Position numbers and translations under genes: made by a program
The notes under the pieces: generated by a model
Database searches by the model: none
What the model saw: only the letters and a program-made list of their open reading frames with translations
What the model was told of the DNA's origin: nothing
Shown: positions 26,727-30,971 of the stretch, piece after piece
How positions within the stretch are numbered: the first letter of the stretch is position 1
Layout: each line of letters begins with the position of its first letter
Assembly: GCA_039815375.1 (NCBI GenBank)
Contig: JBCBZJ010000029.1
Location: 1 to 30,971 of the forward strand
DNA: 30,971 bases
Origin: Verrucomicrobiota bacterium
GTDB taxonomy: Bacteria > Verrucomicrobiota > Verrucomicrobiia > Opitutales > Coraliomargaritaceae
Direction: 5' to 3'

Positions 26727-28111
26727 TGATATTCTGCCAATGTTCTTGGCATATTGGCATTCGTTTTCTTCAGCCATTCGTGTAGTTGTTGTTTTAGCGA
26801 AGCGACTTTTTCAGGCATCTCTGACGCTAGATCGTTTTTTTCCCCGATGTCTTTACCAAGATCGAATAGTAGATACTCATCATTGTTCTGCTTCCAGATG
26901 AGTTTCCAGTCTCCTTGACGCACCGTGGATGCACCTTGAAAAAGACTACCTTTTCGGTGGTGAGGAAAATGCTGATACACTGGATGCGGTGTGTAGTTTC
27001 CATCACCATTCAACAGTGGAAAATACGAAATGCCATCCAGGCGTTTTGTCTCGTTTGGAATCGGGACCTTCGCTGCTTCCAGTAATGTTGGAAAGAAGTC
27101 GGCTGATGCCACTGGGATATCGGTTTGTCCGGATTGAATCCGGTCAGGCCAGCGGTAGATCAACGGAACTCGAATGCCGCCCTCGTAGACTTGTCCTTTT
27201 TTCCCGCGAAGCGGTTTTTGAGAGCGGCTTCCTCCATTGTCGGATGTGAAAATGACAATCGTGTTGTCCTTCAAGCCGAGGTCATCGATTGCTTTCAAAA
27301 CTGTGCCCACTGCGTCATCCATGCTTATAAGCATACCTTTATATTTAGGCTTACCCGCTAATGGCCGGGGATTATGCGGAGAATGGATCGTGTACAAGCT
27401 CAAATAAGCAAAGAAAGGGGTATCCTTGTTTTCCGTTACAAAAGAAATGGTTTCTTCTGCAAGGCGGTCAGTCAAGTACTCGCGATCTGGCCCGTCTTTT
27501 AATTCCGCATTTGCGTAGGGTGAGAAGTAAGCTCTCTTTCCTGCGGGCTGTCCATAGGCACAGCCGCCGATATTGACATCAAACCCTTGATTCTGCGGGT
27601 GCCAATCCATGTTGACGACGCCGTCTTTCGTTTTTTGCGACCCGGCGCCGGCCAGGTGCCACTTGCCGAAAAAGCCCGTTTTGTAACCTGCTGCCTTCAA
27701 GGCTTCCGCCAGTGTAATCTCGTCAAGGTGCAAATGACCTTCCATTTCTGCTTCCCAGAATCGGTTCTGAGGATTACTCAGAGCTTTCTTCTTCTTTGAA
27801 TAATATTCCTCGAATCCAACTCCCGGTATGTGTGACGTTAGTTTGAGGGAGGCTGGGCTTCGCCCCGTCAGGATCTCTGCACGAGACGGCGAGCAAACCG
27901 TTGCCGCGTAGGCAGAGGAGAAAACCATTCCCTCTTTGGAGAGTTTATCTACGTGAGGTGTCTCCGTTACCGCAGGATTTTGATAACCGACATCAGCCCA
28001 GCCTAAGTCATCGACAAGAATAAAAAGGATGTTGGGTTTCCTGTCAGCACATGCACTGAGCAAAATCCCTGTCTGAATGAACAGGATTATGAGCAGTACC
28101 TTATTCTTCAT
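26723..28111 (-). CDS. S1 sulfatase (S1_16-like), probable lipoprotein
   Basis: Likely start MKNKVLLIILFIQTGILLSAC (lipobox LSAC) at 28111; PNILFILVDDLGW, VCSPSRAEILTG, GKWHL, YFSPY, FTSDNGG, PLRGKKGQVYEGGIRVP. Confidence 0.92.
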   Translation of the reverse strand: MKNKVLLIILFIQTGILLSACADRKPNILFILVDDLGWADVGYQNPAVTETPHVDKLSKEGMVFSSAYAATVCSPSRAEILTGRSPASLKLTSHIPGVGFEEYYSKKKKALSNPQNRFWEAEMEGHLHLDEITLAEALKAAGYKTGFFGKWHLAGAGSQKTKDGVVNMDWHPQNQGFDVNIGGCAYGQPAGKRAYFSPYANAELKDGPDREYLTDRLAEETISFVTENKDTPFFAYLSLYTIHSPHNPRPLAGKPKYKGMLISMDDAVGTVLKAIDDLGLKDNTIVIFTSDNGGSRSQKPLRGKKGQVYEGGIRVPLIYRWPDRIQSGQTDIPVASADFFPTLLEAAKVPIPNETKRLDGISYFPLLNGDGNYTPHPVYQHFPHHRKGSLFQGASTVRQGDWKLIWKQNNDEYLLFDLGKDIGEKNDLASEMPEKVASLKQQLHEWLKKTNANMPRTLAEYQ

Positions 28112-28213
28112 ATTCTTTTCTCTCTGGTATTTGAAAAATGTGGATAGGAGTAGAGCCCACGGACAACCTTTTAGAAAGCTTGAATAGATCAATACATCAT
28201 TTGGGTACTATTG

Positions 28214-28249
28214 AAAAATGTCGACCAGAATTCATTCTGATCGACATTT
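28214..28249 (-). terminator. Long hairpin / probable intrinsic terminator downstream of the DUF4038-like modular gene
   Basis: Minus strand AAATGTCGATCAGAA-TGAA-TTCTGGTCGACATTT(TT): 15-bp stem with one G-U pair, ending in a T5 run, about 30 nt after the stop at 28277. Confidence 0.65.
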
Positions 28250-28276
28250 GTTCTCAAATTCAATGGTATCCGGGAC

Positions 28277-30970
28277 TTAATTTCCCGTGGGATTAATCTC
28301 AATTCTGATGAAGCGAGCACCTTCTTCGACTGCAAAGCCGAGATGACAAAGCTCGTAGTCTTCATCGAGGTCTTCAGTTGTTGTATCCGTTGGTCTGTAA
28401 GGTGTTTCGACCAACTCTACGTTACCCCACTCGGCCAGATTGTTGCTGGTCATAACGGCGTATTCATATTCGGTCTGAGTCTTGTGGCGCACGTAGCTGA
28501 AGGTGAATGAGTTGTCCGTTTCAGGTGTTAGTATCGGCAATCCTGCAGTGTTATCTGTGCCATAGATCAGACTCGGGACGCTTTGTACATTGGGATCTCC
28601 GAGACCGAAGAGAAAGTAGGCGATATTGGCGAGGCCGTTACCGGACAGGTCGGTCATATCTTCCGAACCGTCGGTCGCCAAACCGTACTGGGTGCGGAAG
28701 TTCTCAACGGGCGTCAGGAGAGGAGAATCCAAACCGAGGACAAACTGGATCGTGCAGGCATCGGCAGTTGTATTGCCATTGCTGCCGAGAGTAACGGTGA
28801 TCGTATCGCCTGGAGAGAGTGTACCAAGGGCACCGTCGAAATCTGTCGCGGATCCGTCGGAAGTGACGTTTGCGGTACTGGAGAGTGTGCTGTTTACCCA
28901 GACGTCGAGTCTCACTCCATTGCCGTTAGAGTTAGCGTTGTGCACAGAACCGCTGATACGAACGTCGCCAGCCTCGCCAGCTTGAAGGGTGTATGCTGCT
29001 ATAGCGTAGTATGAATCACTACCCGGATGCCAGCCTGAGTCTGCCGCGCCAACCCGGCCATATTGGAAATTACCCTGACCCGAATCGTTGAATGCGATGC
29101 TGCCTGTGTTGGTGAAAATGCCTTCAGCCCAGAAGCTATTGGAGACTTCTACGCTGTTAGCCATCAACGACTGAAAGTTTCCGGGATTGAAAGTCCCGTT
29201 GTTGGGGTTGAGATCGGAAGCACCGCCGGGGTTCCAGAGGTAGCTCCAGCCCGTGGCTGGCATTTCTGTTCCGTTGTAGCCATCGCCACCTGCACTGGGG
29301 AAGTCTGCAGCAAAGTCTGCGAAGATTCCTGTCAGGATGGTATCTTCGAGGACAGTGATTTGTAGCGTGGCCGAAACGGAAAGGGCGCCATCAGAGACCT
29401 GAACGGTCCATGAGTGTTCGCCGACGTTTTCAGGTGCGGGTGTGCCGCCAAGTGTGCCATCACCAGTAATCGTCAACCAGTCTGCGCCTGGACCGCTGCT
29501 GTGACTTAACTTACTATAAGTCAGGCTATCGCCGATATCCTGATCGGTAGCACTTCCGCTGATGGTATCACTGTAGGCTTCCCCTTCAGTAACATCTTCG
29601 GCGCTGATCGGATCGACTACGAATACCGGAGGATCGTTTACGTCGATAACCGTGATATTTAAGGTTGCTGTATCCGTGCCGCCCTGACCGTCACTTACTT
29701 GGATGAAGAAGGCATTCAAGTTGATATCATCATTGGTTGGCGTACCGCTGAGGCTTCCATTTTCGTTGACTGTTAACCATTCTGGACCGGAAAGCTTGTT
29801 GTAGGTCAGCGGATCTCCTTCCAAATCGGTAGCGCTGCCAGCGATGGTATCGCTGTATACGCTGTTTTGAGTTGCGTTCGTGGTGCTAAACGGATTTGCA
29901 GTGAAACTAGGCGGTGAGATCGTTGGTTCGCTATCGGTTGTTACGAAAACAACCCAGTCATCTGTGTTTGCGGAGGGTGGGGAGCCGAGACTGACGGCAT
30001 TCCCACCGGTAACTTGACTCACTGTTCCTGTTTGTAGGCTACCGCCATTACGCGGATCGAACCAATAGACATCGAGTGTTGCTGTTTGCCCAGTCAGATC
30101 CAATGAGGTGGTGCCTCCATCGGGCAGGTAAACGACGTATTGTATGCCGGGCCAGGCCAGACAGTAGTTACCGGTTCCAACGAGTGAGTCGTCGGGGTTC
30201 ATCTGAGTCATGTCCCAAAGGTTAGTTGATAAGAAGTCCGTCGCTCGCACCATCGTCTGGTAATAGTCGAGATAGCGGTCGTAACCGTCTGCATTTTTGA
30301 AACCGGCATCTTGATTATTGTAGAAGCCAACGCCTGCAGCTCCTGCTGTGAATGCAGCCCAGACGGTGTTCTTACGCCAGTTATCGAGATTTGGGTATTC
30401 ACTTCCTGCAAAGGGCTCGTCATAGGAAATGATCCACTTACGTCCGCTGGCAGCTGAGCTGTTCCGGTAGGTGAGCACTTTATCATGACCCCATTCGCTC
30501 TGCTCAAAAAGACCCTGCAGGCTTATTCCGGTAAACGGTGTCTGGCCCAGCAGCTCATCGAAAAGTGCATCTCCCGGTCCAAACAGTGGATTATGCACAA
30601 CGATCTGATCGTTGTAAGGCAGTAGGTCGTTCACATAAGTCGAAAATGCGATTCGATCCGTGGTGTCGTTGGCATTACCATACGGTGGATTTGTCTGCCA
30701 GCTGTTCTCTTCACCGATGTTCCAGGTGACGGCATTGAGGTGGCCGAATCGCGCAACTAACTCCCGATAGTAGAGCTTGCGCGAATCGGCAAAGGTAATC
30801 TCAGGATCCGCCGGATCCCTGGCCTGGTTGGCGTGATACTCGAAGAAGGACTGGTTTTCCTGCTCGGTCAGAACAATCTGAGGCTTTAGGCCCTTGGTCA
30901 TCATATGATCCATAACGATCTGCCATTGCTCCAGCTTGGAGATATCGTAGATGTTCAGGTCATCTGTGAA
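28277..30970 (-). CDS. Modular extracellular protein, 5'-truncated by the window: DUF4038/DUF5060-like putative glycoside hydrolase barrel, collagen-binding-like domain, 2 Ig repeats, unknown beta-sandwich, conserved C-terminal domain
   Basis: Frame stays open to the edge (FTDDLNIYDISKLEQWQIVMDH...). KLYYRELVARFGH...WNIGEEN and SYDEP carry candidate catalytic acids; YCLA.PG..YVVYLP.GG...WFDPRNGG...DDWV matches the collagen-binding-like module; Ig repeats and C-terminus are as in 11576..17737. Confidence 0.8.
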   Translation of the reverse strand, partial: FTDDLNIYDISKLEQWQIVMDHMMTKGLKPQIVLTEQENQSFFEYHANQARDPADPEITFADSRKLYYRELVARFGHLNAVTWNIGEENSWQTNPPYGNANDTTDRIAFSTYVNDLLPYNDQIVVHNPLFGPGDALFDELLGQTPFTGISLQGLFEQSEWGHDKVLTYRNSSAASGRKWIISYDEPFAGSEYPNLDNWRKNTVWAAFTAGAAGVGFYNNQDAGFKNADGYDRYLDYYQTMVRATDFLSTNLWDMTQMNPDDSLVGTGNYCLAWPGIQYVVYLPDGGTTSLDLTGQTATLDVYWFDPRNGGSLQTGTVSQVTGGNAVSLGSPPSANTDDWVVFVTTDSEPTISPPSFTANPFSTTNATQNSVYSDTIAGSATDLEGDPLTYNKLSGPEWLTVNENGSLSGTPTNDDINLNAFFIQVSDGQGGTDTATLNITVIDVNDPPVFVVDPISAEDVTEGEAYSDTISGSATDQDIGDSLTYSKLSHSSGPGADWLTITGDGTLGGTPAPENVGEHSWTVQVSDGALSVSATLQITVLEDTILTGIFADFAADFPSAGGDGYNGTEMPATGWSYLWNPGGASDLNPNNGTFNPGNFQSLMANSVEVSNSFWAEGIFTNTGSIAFNDSGQGNFQYGRVGAADSGWHPGSDSYYAIAAYTLQAGEAGDVRISGSVHNANSNGNGVRLDVWVNSTLSSTANVTSDGSATDFDGALGTLSPGDTITVTLGSNGNTTADACTIQFVLGLDSPLLTPVENFRTQYGLATDGSEDMTDLSGNGLANIAYFLFGLGDPNVQSVPSLIYGTDNTAGLPILTPETDNSFTFSYVRHKTQTEYEYAVMTSNNLAEWGNVELVETPYRPTDTTTEDLDEDYELCHLGFAVEEGARFIRIEINPTGN
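28280..28711 (-). repeat. Shared C-terminal domain, copy 2 (paralogous to 11579..12010)
   Basis: PVENFRTQYGLATDGSEDMTDLSGNGLANIAYFLFGL...YVRHKTQTEY...ELVETPYRPTD...GARFIRIEINPTGN. Confidence 0.95.
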
Positions 30971-30971
30971 G

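Overview
A sulfatase-rich polysaccharide-degradation island. By inference from protein style it comes from a marine PVC-group bacterium (Verrucomicrobia/Kiritimatiellota/Lentisphaerae-like). It encodes seven Cys-type (CxPxR) S1 sulfatases (one truncated near the left edge), two clan GH-D-like glycoside hydrolases, a TolB-like beta-propeller, a Tat-exported Gfo/Idh/MocA oxidoreductase, a double-DUF1080 protein and two large modular extracellular enzymes (a beta-helix protein and a DUF4038-like protein). The two modular enzymes have unrelated catalytic heads but end in the same 144-aa C-terminal domain (107/144 identical by manual count), a candidate sorting, anchoring or assembly module. In both, a variable domain sits between a distinctive Ig repeat and this domain. 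Several intergenic gaps hold decayed sulfatase fragments (five found). A ~2 kb sulfatase segment is bounded by an inverted pair of tyrosine-recombinase/dif-like sites with an identical 6-bp spacer. The first ~154 nt are a foreign, very GC-rich trpD-like fragment, probably an assembly chimera. No rRNA, tRNA, CRISPR array, intact transposase, transporter, regulator or sulfatase maturase is visible.
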